Origin: Octopus vulgaris
Lineage: Eukaryota
Length of the DNA: 64,000 nt
Direction of reading: 5' to 3'
Assembly: GCA_951406725.2 (NCBI GenBank)
Contig: OX597826.1
Location: 31,248,001-31,312,000, forward strand
Shown here: positions 1 through 14,569 of the stretch, piece after piece
Numbering within the stretch: the first letter of the stretch is position 1
Layout of the letters: each line of letters starts with the position of its first letter
Made by a program: the position numbers and the translations under genes
The notes under the pieces: model-generated
The model's database searches: none
What the model was told of the DNA's origin: nothing
The model's input: the letters and a program-made list of their open reading frames with translations, nothing else

Positions 1-3000
1 CGCACGTGTGTGAAGGGGCGTGGCCTTATGGTTAAAATGTTTGGTTCACGATCATGTCGCGGGTTCATTTTCTAGACCGGGCAGCGTGTTGTGTTCTTGA
101 GCAAGTCCCTTCATTTCACATTGCTCTAGTCTACTTAAATGAAAATAAATACCAGCCAAAAGCTGGTGCAGCTCTCTCTTTCACGCCCTGTCACACACAC
201 ACACACACACTGTAGATGTTCCGCTGGATCAAAGGGTGGGATTAGTCACATAAGGGTGTCTGTATCAACTTGCGACTATGTAAGCCCCTAAAACAAACAA
301 AAAAAAAAGCATGGTACACTACGCTGTCTTCTACTATATAGCCTAGAGCTGACCAAAGCCTTGTGAATAGATTTGGTAGGTGGAAACTGAGAGAATCCAG
401 TCGTGTGTGTATGAGCGTGTCCCCCACCATCGCTTCACAACTAGTGTTGGTGTGTTTACGTCCCCGTAACTTAGCGGTTTAGCAAAAAGAGACCAGGCTT
501 TAAAGAAAAAAAAATCTTACTGATGATTTGTTCGACTAAAGCCTTCAAGGCGATGTTCCAGTATGGCCGCAGCCCAGTGACCGAAACAAGTAAAAGATAC
601 AAATTTACGAAGTGGGATGCTGGATTGAATAAATCCTCAGAAGGCCCCAGCATCGTGGCACCCCCAGACAGTATGTCTGGTAGGGACCCACGAGATAAAA
701 AGAAAAGGGCAAGGCGGTCTCGACAACATGACATGGGAACGGGAGATTCCGAATGGAACTGAGAATAAGGGAGGAAGTTCCATGATACGGATGATTGGAA
801 GAAAATAATCAATGGCCTATGCCCCTGGAGGGGAGTCGAGAATGTGAGTGAATGAATGACAGAACAATGGGGGGAAGGGGAAATAACAAAATGTCTCATA
901 AACAATTTTTTTTAATGTTTTATTTTTCAATCTCATTTTTTTTAATGCAGTATTATTATTATTATTTTTATTTTATTAAATTTAAATTCTATAAAGAATC
1001 GTCAGCAAATAACAAAAGCTACACTACTCAAGTGAGGCACTGGTGCTCAAAGAAAAAAAAAATATTCAGGCAGAAGTTACTTATTTCAAAAAAAAAAAAC
1101 TCATGACAAAATTTTTTGATCCCACCCCCACATAAAACAAATTTCAATTTCGTTTTCAGTTTGGAATTTCAAATTTAAACAAAAAAAAAGTTTGCTATTT
1201 TTTAAAGTTTTCCTAAAATTGAAATTAGAAAGACAGAAAATTATCAAAAAAAAATCTTTTAAATTGTTAAATCTGAAAACTTAGAGTAAAAAATATATAT
1301 ATAAATAAATAAAAATTCATTAAAATCCAATAAATAACTGAAATTTAATTTCAAATTGATTTTTTTAAATTAAAATTTTTAAGGGGTTTTTCTTTTTTGC
1401 AATTATTTAATCAATCAATTAAATTCCATTTTAAGTTCAAAACTTTGAATTTACATCACTTCATCCACCTCTTGCCTTTTTTTTTTTTTAATATATATAC
1501 ACACAGATTTCAATTTCTGAAAGTATATTAGATTGGTTAAATTTGAAATTTCAAACTGAAACAACTGAAATTTAAAAAAAAAAAAAAAAAATTTTTACAA
1601 ATTGAATTAAATTGAAATCCCCTTTTACAAGTTATAAACATTTTTTTTTAATTATTTTCCAAAGGCCAGCTTTGGAAGAGAAGAGGGGAAGAAAAAAAAT
1701 TTTTCATTTTCATCTCTGTTTCGACAGAGGCTTTAACTGTTTTTTTAGTGTCGCTTTCTGATAGGTGAGATCTTAAAAAGATTGTTGGGTTATTTATTTT
1801 GTTATTAGTTTACAAACAGCTGATCAACAGCAAAATTAATTAGTTAATTAAACAATGGAATTTGTACACAAAACATAAAAATCAGCTTGTAATTTGGTTT
1901 CAAAAAGAAAAAAGGTTTAAATGGAAAAGAGAAAGTGGTTTCATTAAAAAAAAAAAAATTAATTTCACATAAAAAATCTAATGTTCATATTTGTATTTAA
2001 CAGAAATTTAACAAAATTTTTAAAAAGTTATTTCACAGAATGCAAGCTGCGTTAAAAAGGAAAGAGGAAAAAATAATAATAATATTCAAGATATATTGAA
2101 GGTTGCGAAATTAAAACATACATGAATTCTTTTTTGTGTGTTGCCCCAGCAAGGCCTCAGCCTGTAGGTTGAAATAAGTAAAATGCAAGAAGAGTACAAG
2201 ATTTCATACTTAAAAACACAAGGCCGCAACAAAAACCATATAAGAGAATGTGATTGTGAGATGTTCATGCTTTTCTCAAGAACATTGATGGCGTGAATGA
2301 AATGAATGTCCTAGCATTTAACCAGGCAGCAGGATTTGGGATTAACCAAGGGATTAAGGCTCAAAGGATACCTTAATCCAGTGCTGTTCTACAGAGCTTG
2401 CCTACATTGATTTTCACAAGGCCAACTCTTGAAGGAGCAGTATAGTTGACCAAATTGACCTCAGCACATAACTGGTATGTGTATATGTTTTGTTGACCTC
2501 GACCAAATGAAGGGCAAAGGTCAACCATGGCAGGATATGAAACTCAGAACTGTAAGCCAAAGTAGCTGAGGGTTCCACTATTTCTGCGAAACTCACCAAA
2601 CTACAAAAGTGACAATATAAAATAAAACTGTCACAAAATTTTAATTTTGGCATCAAAAAAGAAAAAAAATTATATTCTTTAATTAAAAGTTTCAACAAAG
2701 AAAAGAAGGAAGGGGCAGTTATTGTTTGTTATTTTCTTTTTTTAAAGAAATCAAAGTATATATATATATATATATACACATATATATAATGGGGTGAATA
2801 ATAATATTTAGAGAGTTTAATTAATGTTGGCAAGAGTACAAACCAGTGTGTTTATGTATGTATAGAGAGTGATGATGCGCATAAGGATGCATGAAAATGC
2901 CAAATTCAGCCCCACCCCCGAACACAAACACACACACATACCAGCACAGTCTGCAGAAAAAACCCTTTACTTGGTAATACAGAAATGTTCAAAAAACACA

Positions 3001-3309
3001 AACAAACAAAAACAAGAGTCACAAAAATCCAGTAGATCTCGTTTGACCGCTGTCCTTTGGCTGGTTTCAGAGAATGTCTTATCCAAGGAAAGGGAAGGAA
3101 AAAAGAAACCGAAGTTTAACACAAACCTCCATACGATAAATAGAGAGAAGGCAGAAGAAGAGGAGTTTTAACAAAATTCCCAGCTGGCTCAGTTTAACAC
3201 TCTTGGTTCTAAACACCCACCCCCAACAAACCACATCTAGTTTTATAATACGAAACCCATTTTTGAGATATTCGTACTTAAAATCTTCACCTACTTGAGA
3301 AGCATTTGT

Positions 3310-3682
3310 TTGCTTTCTTTCAATCGTTTCAGTCATTTGACTGCAGCCATGCTGGAGCACTGCCTCTAGTCGAACAATTTGACCCCAGGAATTTTTCTTT
3401 CTAAGCCATTGTACTTATTCTAGTGGTCTCTTTTGCCAAACCGCTACATTACAGGGACGTAAGCACACCAACATTGGTTGTCAAGCGATAGTGGAGAGAC
3501 AAACACAAACATACACACAAATACATCAGGCTTCTTTCAGTTTCCGTCTACCAAATCCACTCACAAGGCTTTTGTCAGCCCAAGGCTATAGTAGAAGACA
3601 GTTGCCCTAGGTGTCACACAGTGGGACTGAACCCGGAACTATGTGGTTGGTAAGCAAGCTACTTACCACACAGCTATGCCTG
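3310..3682 (-). mobile_element. Family A SINE (CpG-decayed)
   Basis: Reverse complement of the family A head and tail. Confidence 0.8.
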
Positions 3683-5488
3683 AGTTTTTTAACATGTGTC
3701 TATAAAGGGATTTTTCATGATGAAAAACAACAGCTTCAGGCTGTTTAAACAAACATTAAGCATTGTTATTAGGATAAAGATTTTACTCTAGAGCTATTTC
3801 TATTGCATAATTTGAATTTTATTCCTATTTAAGATTTTCAATTTTGTATCCTATTTTTTTCTCTCTTTGCTGTCAACTACAGCATGGTGTTGGCATGGGA
3901 GGGTGTTTCCGAAAAGAACAACACTGTTTGCAATCAAATTGGATTTTATAATTGAAGACAAAAATTAATATAGATAACAGTTACATTGCTGCTGTACTTA
4001 ATGTATGAACGAGGAAGGAAAAAAAAACATCTTCAAAAGCTGAAGTATTTCAAAAACTATATTATGAGATTTGTTTCTCGTGAACACCTGACTGACAGAA
4101 GTTTGAAATACTAAATCTATGAGATAGGACAACTATAATTGAGTTTCAGTGAAACTCTCTAAAAAATGCCTGACCCGTGGCATATTATCCAAGATCTATC
4201 AGGAGGGTTTGATACCCAGGAAGAGAAACCAAGAACATCTCAGTTATAGATAGAGAGTTCTGGTTTCAATGTCAATCAGAAACAAATTCGGTGCAAATGC
4301 AGCTGAGCTCTGACAGATCACAGGAAATATGTTGTCTGCTTTGTACTTTGCTGTGAGCAGAAATAAGGGTAAAGAAATTATTTTTTTAATCAAGTTTAAA
4401 TAAAAACATTTTGCTAAGTTAATTTCCAAACAGCAGCTACATGATAAAAAAGAAAAGAAAGAAAAAAAAGCAGATAAATACGTCTGTCTTAAGCACATAG
4501 ACTCATTAGGTCAGAGTTTATTCTCGTTCCCAAAGAGCACAAGGGACAAAGTACTAAAGTTTCCACCACCCCTTGGGAAGGACCCCAGCCCATCACAGAG
4601 TTAACTCCAGCTGCTGCAAGTATTTATTTCCAGCAGAATAGACAGGAGCAATGAAAAGTAAAATACCTTGCCCATGAGAACATTACACATTAACTGGGAT
4701 TGAAACCCATGACCTTACGATCGAGAGCCCAGTTGCCTAACCATTAGACCACACTTAATAATGGAAAAAATTAATTATCTAACTGAATCCCTCCAAATTA
4801 CTACCAAACTTAATTGAAACATGTGGACAGTGCATTTCAGAATATCATTAGAAATATTATTAGGGAAAAGTTAATGGAATGCCAATCTAATTAATGGTCA
4901 AATAGTTCAGGCATCATATTTCACTAATTAATTTTCAATGACCTTGTCTACATAATTAACAATTAGATTCAATGCTGCAAATACACAACAAAATTCAGGA
5001 GTCCCCTGCACATAGTTAGGCCCCAAAGTACAAAAATAGTAAAACATACAAAATACAGTATTACAGTTAACTTCACAAGGGTTTCATTTAAAATTATAAA
5101 TACACAGACACCCAAAACTCATCAACTGACAGTACATTCTTAGAAAAACATTCAGGTTTTCTCTTTGAAATACAAAGGCAAAACAATCGTAAAATTCATT
5201 TTTTGATCAGAAATGTTGATTTAACTGTATTTATAACAATAATAATAGCTTCTACTATAGGCACAAGGCCTGAAATTTTGGGGGAGGAGACCAGTCGATT
5301 ACATCAACCCCAGTGTTTCACTGCTACTTGATTTATTGAACACCGAAAGGTTGAAAGGCAAAGTTGACCTCAGTGGAATCTGAACCCAAAATGTGAAGAC
5401 AGATGAAATACTGCTAAGCATTTCATGCAGCATGCTAACGATTCTGCCAGTTCACCTCCTTAAATAATAACAATAATAATAATCCTTT

Positions 5489-5985
5489 TATCACTGAGTC
5501 AAAAGAGTACTGGAGTCATAAAACTAAGATTTTGTGGGAATTTCCTATTCAAACAAACAAGAAGTTAGAAAATAATAGACGAGATATAACAATTGTAGAT
5601 ATGGAAAAGCAAAATTGCTTACAAATCGACCCACCAAGCCCGTTTGATTTCAGGAGTGAATAGAAAGATGAGGAAAAACAAAAAGAATACATTCCCTTAA
5701 AATTAGAAATTGGAAGTATTTGGAGCACGAGAACTGTCAAGGTGGTGCCTATAATTGATACATTGGAAACTGAAAGCAGAGATAGATGCAAATGACTGAA
5801 GATTGGAATAGAATGCCCTGTAGAGGTCCTACAGAAAGTTTGTCTCTTAGGGACAGCAAGGATTATCAGGAGGGTTCTAAGTACTTGAAAGACTGCTAAA
5901 AACATGTGGATACCTAAGGTTACAAGTAGTAACCTGCTACCCACATAAATCCTACCAGAAATAAGACCAAACCGAAGTCAAACCA
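5489..5985 (+). mobile_element. 5'-truncated R4/Dong-clade non-LTR retrotransposon (restriction-like endonuclease domain)
   Basis: One frame with 2 internal stops: KILWEFPIQTNKKLENNRRDITIVDMEKQNCLQID...VKVVPII...LQKVCLLGTARIIRRVLST*. 11-bp TSD AATAATCCTTT at 5478-5488 and 5986-5996. Confidence 0.8.
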
Positions 5986-8900
5986 AATAATCCTTTCTAC
6001 TATATAGGCACAAGGCCTGAAATTTGGGGGGAGGGAATTAGTTGATTATATCAACCCCAGTACTTGACTGGTACTTGATTTATCGACCCTGAAAGGATGA
6101 AAGGCAAAGTCAACCTCAGTGGAATTTGAACTCAAAACATAAGGACAGACAAGATGCCTCTAAGCATTTCACCCAGCGTGCTAACAATTCTGCTAACTCA
6201 CCACCTTAATAATAATAAAAACTAATTTAGACATAAGGATGAAAATGCAAAGTTGACTTCAGAAGGATTTGAACTCAGAATGTAAAAAAATTGGAAGAAA
6301 TGCTAACAATTCTCCAGTTCAACTTAACAACAATAACAATAATGTGATTCTGAGTCCCTTCGACACAGGAAAAAGACAGGATGGTCACAAATGGAATGCC
6401 TTTGATCATAAGATTACTTGATGAAAGCTGAGCAAGGATTTAACAACAAAAATAACAAAAAGCAGCCAAAAGGTTATCATCAAGGACCAGTGCTCAGTTG
6501 TCCAGCTTCTAGTTAGATCCAGATCTCCCTGCCCTTCCAACCACACACTGGAGACAATGGTAGTGTATCACCACACTGCAAGATGACAAACTTATTTATT
6601 CCTGACAGCTAACTGGAAGAGAACTTGGACAAGGAGAAACCAAACTACAGTCAAAATATGTGACAAAAATGACCGATACTGGAAAAGAAATCAATATATT
6701 GTTTCATTGACGGTATGAAAACATGTTCACAGGACAACTTCACTTACAGACACTTTGAATTCAACAGGCTGCATTTAATCCACTGTAGCATTGAAAAAAA
6801 AAAAGGATGTAAAAAAAATGCTTATTTTTGAAAACAATTCACAAAAGCTCAATAGTTTCAAGACTCTAATGAGTTTCTCTCAACATCTTATTTGTGAAAT
6901 GCTAATAGAGATTTCTTTCAACAAAGCCCAAACCAAGCTAATTTTTCAAAGGAGATGGGAGTGTAGTCACTTGAACCAGCTTCAGTATATTACTGGTACT
7001 CACTGGATGAAGAGGAGATTTTTAACACAAAGTGGTTTAACCCTTTAAACTCGCAAGTATGCTTTAGCAGGTAATTTCGTTTGACTGTCCTTGGAAGACA
7101 GAATAGAGAATAGTCAAGTAGTTTTGTGTTTATGGTTTGCTAATTAGCAGAAACCTCAGTATTTTCAGCTGTAAACACAAAAACTATGTGGCTGCCTGCT
7201 TTTGTGCCTTCCAGAGGTTGCAATGAAATGAAATCATGCCTGGAAACGTGCATATGCAGGATGTAAAGGTTTAAGATCCTGACAAAGTTATCTATACATT
7301 TATCTAGAGACAGTAGGACAGAATCCCACGGCAGCTTCTTGGAGAGGTGGAAATGATTAGCTTTATCCTAAAGCACCTAAATTACCAATATCTAAAACCC
7401 AAGACTGAGAAAGGTATTACCAGGTATTATAACTATTTGCATATAATAACATTGGTTTCAAATTTTGGTACAAGGCCAGCAATTTTGGGGGAAGGGGTTA
7501 AGTCAATTACATTGACTCCAGCGTTCAACTGGTACTTATTTTATCAACTCATGAAAGGATGAAAGTCAAAGTTGACCTCAGTGGTGTTTGAACTCAGAAC
7601 ATAAAGACAGACAAATTGCTGCTAAGCACTTTGCCCAGCATACTAACGATTCTGCCAGCTCACCACCTTTGCATGCAATAACGCTTCTCAAAGACCCTTT
7701 AGAACTCATTCAAGCCTTCAATTCTCTTGTTTTCTCCCAGGAGAAGTAAAATAGTTGAACTGGCCAACTATTACTAACAGTAACTGTTCTAAGATCAACA
7801 GTGAAGTTAGCATTGTTGATATTTAGTTAGAACTGTGCACTAATTTTTGGTAAGAAGATGTAAGCAAACATGACCCAGTTAAGGTGTGCAATTCTGTGGG
7901 GAGAAGAGAGAAGTCAAATTGAGAAGACATCAAACATGAGTTTGGAGGAAAGACAGAAAGGAAAGATAGCAGTTCTATTATAAGTACTTTAGTGATGAGA
8001 GATGGCATAGAGCAAGTTAGTACAAGAGAAACAGAACAATTTATAAAAAAAAAAAAGAAAAAAAAACCAACCTTGCAACTATTCGAATTGGCAAGAACAA
8101 ATGTATTTGTTTAATGTAAGGCCTCATTTTATAACCTTGTAATTTTAGAGGTAAGTGTAAAAATGGGCAACACCCAGAGAATCTGCACTTTCTTCAGAGG
8201 TATAAAAAAATTGGAAGAAAACTGCCATTGTAATTTAGAAAGTATTTGCATGAATTTGCCAGACTATGTGAATTTTGAAGAATAATTCAACCTGAAGGTG
8301 CAAATATTAATCCAGTGGCTTTATTAATTCCATTCCCTGCCAGATTTGGCAGTGCCATCTTGATCACTGCTCCAAAATAAAGTCAACTGCTTCTCAAACT
8401 AGCAAATGAACTATCAAATGATTATAGATGTTCTTTCTAAGAATCCAAAAGTTATACCTTCTACAAAGCACCATCACATAGATATAGACACATTACACAC
8501 TAAAACAATGATCAGATGAAACTGAGTAACAGTTTGTGAGGATTTTTTTCAGTTTTAATAAACTGTATGCTACTCTACCTTTGGTATTGAGTACTATTTT
8601 TCCCACCTTGTTTTCCAACAGTGTCCTTACTTGTGTGCATGTGTATATCAATAAATATTTATTCAAATCATTTATATGGGAAAAAAATGATTTTACATAA
8701 GGTCTCACAAGCAGCATCCCTGAAATGCCAAGAGAAAGTTTGGTAATATTCGGGTCTTGTCCAAAGACATTAACCCTTTTCAATAGCCACTTGCAGTTCC
8801 CGGATACTAAAGCCCAGGTTTTAAAGCGTTCATATTTAAATTAAAACTTCCCATCATAATTTTATGCAAGAAACTCACCTTAAATTATGTTCTAAATGCT

Positions 8901-9857
8901 TGTCTAATAATAGAAATACTGAGTAAACCCTTCCAGCATTTTGAGAACCATCATCAGGAAAAGCTTAACACCGTAAGTGGAAAACAACTTTAAACCAGAA
9001 ACCAAAACTGGAAGCTAACCACTTAGGCTGATGTTGCCTCATGTTGTATGTGAAATCTACCCAGATAGCTATTCCTCTCAAATGAAGAGAAACTTAGAGT
9101 GAAGCTGAGGAGTTGATAGTCTACCTTAACTTTGACAACTCTCATAGAGTTTTGGCTCTACCTTCTTGAAAAAACATTCCTGTGTATGTGTGGTGTAACA
9201 TATATTCACTAATGATACTGCCATAATTGCCTACAATTAAAGGGAGTTTAAATGAAGCTGTAGTGATCATATATACATATTGAAACACATCAACGAGTTA
9301 TGAAAATAACCCTTTAACAAATGTACAATATAGAGTAGTCATGGGCCACCTTTGGCCCACAGCCACATGCAACCCTCAAGACTTTCTGAATGACGCATCG
9401 AATGAAAAACTACCATGAAATTTTTAGCAGTACATCCTACCAGATGATGAGCCATGTCTCATGTAACCCAATTCTCAAAAAAAGGTAGCTCATGCCTGAC
9501 ATAGAATATATTTATTAAATGATGCAGGCATACAACACTTTTGGAACTGAGTTTCTTGACAGAAATTTATTCAGCACTCATTGTTTTCCAACTGTTGCAA
9601 GCATGTTTAATATAGCAGGGAAAACAGTTGGTGCAAGCTGAAAGCCAGTCTTTAAGGGGAAAAATCCTTCTACACTTAATTATGAGACTTTAGTAAAAAA
9701 AAAAATACCTTTATGTCTTTGAAGTCCTGTACACATCTACTATATACAAGACAGCATTTTAACTGTACTCTTAATTTCCAGCTTACATTCTAACACAGAG
9801 AGAAAAAAGGGAAAACAAATAAACCAGAATTCTACAAAAAGGGAGTGACAAGTCTAG

Positions 9858-9906
<49 letters not shown>

Positions 9907-12900
9907 AACACACATTTATACATACACACACATACATACATATATGTATGTATATACACCAAGTAAATGGTTTCTCTCAAAAGTGAAAAAAAAGTACTTT
10001 TTTTTATATGCTATTTGGTTTTTTTTTTTTTTTGTTGATGGGAAGTGTGGCAGCAAATAGATTAAATCATCTGCTTGGCTGCAACTATCACTCACAAATC
10101 TGTCATTTTCAGATTCTCGTCATAAAATCTTTTCCCGCAGAAGAACATGTTTAGTAATAACAATAATTTCTTTCTACTATAAACACAAAGCCTAAAACTG
10201 GGGGGGGGGGGAAGAACCACAGGATATTTGACTACAACAATCCCCGCAATGCTCAACTGGTCCTTATTTTATCGACCCTGAAAGAATGAAATGCAAGTGG
10301 ACCTCAGCAGAATTTGACCTCAAAACACAGTCAGACAAAATGTTGCTAAGCATTTCATCTGATGTGCTAAGAATTCTGCCAGATTGTTACCTTAATAGCA
10401 ATAATGGTTTCAAATCTTGACAAGGGGAGAAGGTAAGTTGATTGGATTGACCCCCCCAATACGCAACTGGTACTTATTTTATTCTTTTCTACACTAGGCA
10501 CAAGGCCCGAAATTTTGGGGGAGGGGGCCAGTCGATTAGATCAACCCTAGTACACAACTGGTACTTATTTTATTGACCTCCCACCACCACCACCAAAAGG
10601 ATGAAAAGCAAAGTCAACCATGGCAGAATTCGAACTCAGAACGTAAAGCAGTATGAAATGCCACAAAGCATTTCGTCTGGTGTATTAATGATTCAGCCAG
10701 CTTGTTGTTGCCTTAAATAATAGTAATAAGTTTTGGTATAGAGAAAGACTTATCTAACAGAAGCCAGCCAAGCAGTAAATGAAGAAATGTGAGGCAGCAA
10801 GACAATGGGAAAAGCAAAAACTTACTCAGATCTTTGACAACAGCATATCAAAATAACTTACACAGATGTGACAAATATATCAACCGATTCAGAAGAAATG
10901 GGAAGGAGGCGGAGGAGGGTCTTTCTCTCCTCCTCCTCCTCCTCCTCCCTCCCCACATCGCTTCCAAATATTGCACTGTTGTAAGATGTAGAGATGTGTA
11001 TTCATTATCTTCGTTATCATATTTAAGTTTTGGCATATATACTAGAAAAGGTAATTCTTAAAAAAATGTAGGAAAGGAATAAAGAATTAGACCCCCATCA
11101 ATATGCAAAACAAATATAACTGTAGCAATCTTGTAACTCCGAAAAAAGATTTCGAATTTTCTTACTTTTAACAAAGTTTTTACCATAAATTTTCATATGA
11201 CCCCTGCATAAACTTTACAGCTCTGCTCCTAACACATCTAATGAGAACCAACAGTCAAAAATATATCTCCAGGCTTAAAGGGTTAAATGAGGTTTAACAT
11301 TAATGAAAAGAAAAAAAAACATCAAAATCATAACATTTCACATTTAATTGTATTTTTTTTTTTAAATGTAAAAATGTTTTCATTTAAAATGTAATTAAAC
11401 AAAATAATTATCATTTCTAATTTAGGCACAAAGCCAGCAATTTATGGAGAGGGAGCTACTTTATTTTAAGGATCTTGAGAGTATGAAAGGTAAAGATGAC
11501 CTCAGCAAGATTTGAACCCAGAACAAAGATCTGGAATAAATACTCTTAGAATAGCAACAATGGTTTCAAATTTTGGCACAAGGTCAGCAATTTGGGGGGA
11601 TGAGGTAAGTTGATTGCATCGACCCCAGCGCATTACTGGTACTTATTTCATCAACCTTTGAAAGGATGAAAGGCAAAGTCAAACTCAGTGGGATTTGAAC
11701 ACAGAACGTGAGGGGCCAGAAGAAATGCTGATAAGAATTCTGCCATCTTGCTGCCTTCAGAATAATGATTTTAAATTTTGGCTTAAGGCCTGCATTTTAG
11801 GGGCCGGGGGCGGGTGGGGGAGTTAGTCGAGTACATGAAGCCCAATGCTCAACTGGTACTTATTTTATCAACCTTGGAAAAATGAAAGGCAAAGTTGACC
11901 TCAGCGGAATTTGAACTGAGAATAGAAAGAGCCAAAAGAAAATGCTGATAAGCATTTTCTCCTGTATGCTAATGATTCTGCCTGCTTGCTGCCTTCAGAA
12001 TGGTAATAAACCATTTTACAAACTAGAAATTAAGTGTCTGTCCTGACTCTTAGATAAACACTCAACAGAGCCTAAATTTCACAAATTAATTCTTAAATAA
12101 ACCAGGTTTTCAAAGTTTCGAAAATATTTTGTAACAAAAAGTACAAGGTTGCAAAACTGATTAGGATGTTATTTCCTAGGGAAAAAAAAAAATTCTACCT
12201 TTTGCACAAGGCCAGCAATTAGGGGTAAGATGAGGATAGTCAAACACATCAGTCCCAGTACATGACTGGGATTTTATTTTACCGATTCCTGAAGAGACAA
12301 AAGGCAGAGTTGACTTTAGCAGGAACTGAGCTTAGCATGTAAAGAGCTGGAAGAAATGGTGCCAAGCATTTCGTCTGACACACTAATGATTCTACTAGCT
12401 TGCCACCTTAACAATAATCCTTTCTACTAAAGGCACAAGGCCTGAAAGTTTGGGGGAGGGAGCCAGTAGATTAGATCAACCCCAGTACACAAATGGTATT
12501 TAATTTATCGACCCTGAAAGGATGAAAGGCAAAGTCAACCTTGCAGAATCTGAACTCAGAATGTAAGCATTTTGCCCAGCATGCTAACAATTCTGCCAGC
12601 TTGCCGCCTTCGTTAATATAATAATCCTAATTTCTAATTTTGGCACAAAGCCCACATTTTGAGAGACAAGAGTAAGTCAATTATACTGACCCTCAGTAAT
12701 TGACTGGTACTTTATTTTATCGACCCTGGATGAATTTTGAACTCAGTATTTAACGAGTTTTAAGAAATTCCAGAAAATATTTTGTTTGATGCTCTCTAAC
12801 GATTTTGCCAGTTCACTGCCTTACTAATTCTAGGTGAAAGGGTGTAGGTTAATTACATTGACCACAGAGCTCAAATGGTGTTTGTTTTAGTTATTCCAAA

Positions 12901-13392
12901 AGGACGACAGGCAAAGTCAACCTCGACAGCATTTGAACTCTGAACATAAAGCTGTAAGAAGCATTTTGTCCAACACTGGAACAATTTTGCCAGTTTACTG
13001 CCAACAACAACAACAACAATAATGATAATAATAATAATAATAATCCATCCTTTAGTTTCAACACTGAAAGTATCGAGATTACATGGAATTCAAAAAGAAA
13101 AGAACTTGGAAAATAGAAAGAAAAAAATAAAATAAAAAGAAAAAACAGATTGGCAATAACAAATGTGTTTCGAAAAAAAATATCTTACATATATACAAAA
13201 AGGGATAAATTTGAGGCAAAGGGGTCATTGAATTAAATTGATCCCTCAGTGAATTTGCCCAGTACTTTTATTCTTTTAACTGAAAGTGGTGGTGGTGGTA
13301 GGGTGGGTTATTGATGTGGGGTTGGTTTGATGACTGAAAGGCAAAAGCTGACATCGGAGGGATTTAAATTCAGAAAATAGAGAGAAAAGGGT

Positions 13393-13442
<50 letters not shown>

Positions 13443-13969
13443 AACTACTAAATACCGTAAGTCATTTTGTCTGGTAATGTTACCAATTCCGCCATTTGTT
13501 GCCCTTTGACCTTCCGCTTAGGAAAGAATAATAAGGATAACATGAAAAGCAAATGAATAAATTAAAGAACAAAAGAAATCAATTTGTAAAACAGAAATAA
13601 AAAAAAGGAAAAGAAAAAGATTAAAACTTCTTGTCTCAGTTTTTTTTTTTTTCTTTTTTTTGGTCAGTTTTGTAATGTATTCACACAACTTTGCTTGCAT
13701 CCAATGTCTTTGCTATAGATCGGAATGTAGACTAAGTTCAGAGACTAGACAAGCACCTTGCAGAGAAACAGAAAATGCTAGCCCAGGGTTAGATAGATAT
13801 CACAATAATTTGAATTTAATGTATTCAGGATGGAGAAGAGGAATTAAAAAAAAAAAAACATACCATCCTACAAAGAAAGTTCCATATTTTTCATATTTTG
13901 TCAAGTTGATATGGTTTTTCTTTTTTCTTTGTCCCCCACTTCACCCCTCTCTTTCTTGGCTGTCTCCGA

Positions 13970-14257
<288 letters not shown>

Positions 14258-14569
14258 TCATTGACCCCAAAAGGATGAAAGGCAATGTCAACCTCAGCAG
14301 AATTTGAACTCAGAACATAGCAAAATACCACTAATCATTTCACTCAGCATGCTAACGATTCTGCCACCTCGCCACCTTAATAATAATAGTGATAATAATA
14401 ATATAGATTTCAAATTCTGGCACAAGGCCAGCAATTTTAGAGGAAGGCATAAATCGATATCATTGACCTCAGTGCAAAACTGGTACTTATTTTATTGACT
14501 CCAAAAGGGTGAAAAGACAAAGTCAACCTTGGCAACATTAGAAATCAGAACATAAGAAGCATCAAATGT

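Noticed and set aside
1000-13000. A third protein-coding gene downstream of TMEM185
   Set aside because: No ORF or exon chain with recognisable homology was found. Small exons cannot be excluded by eye.
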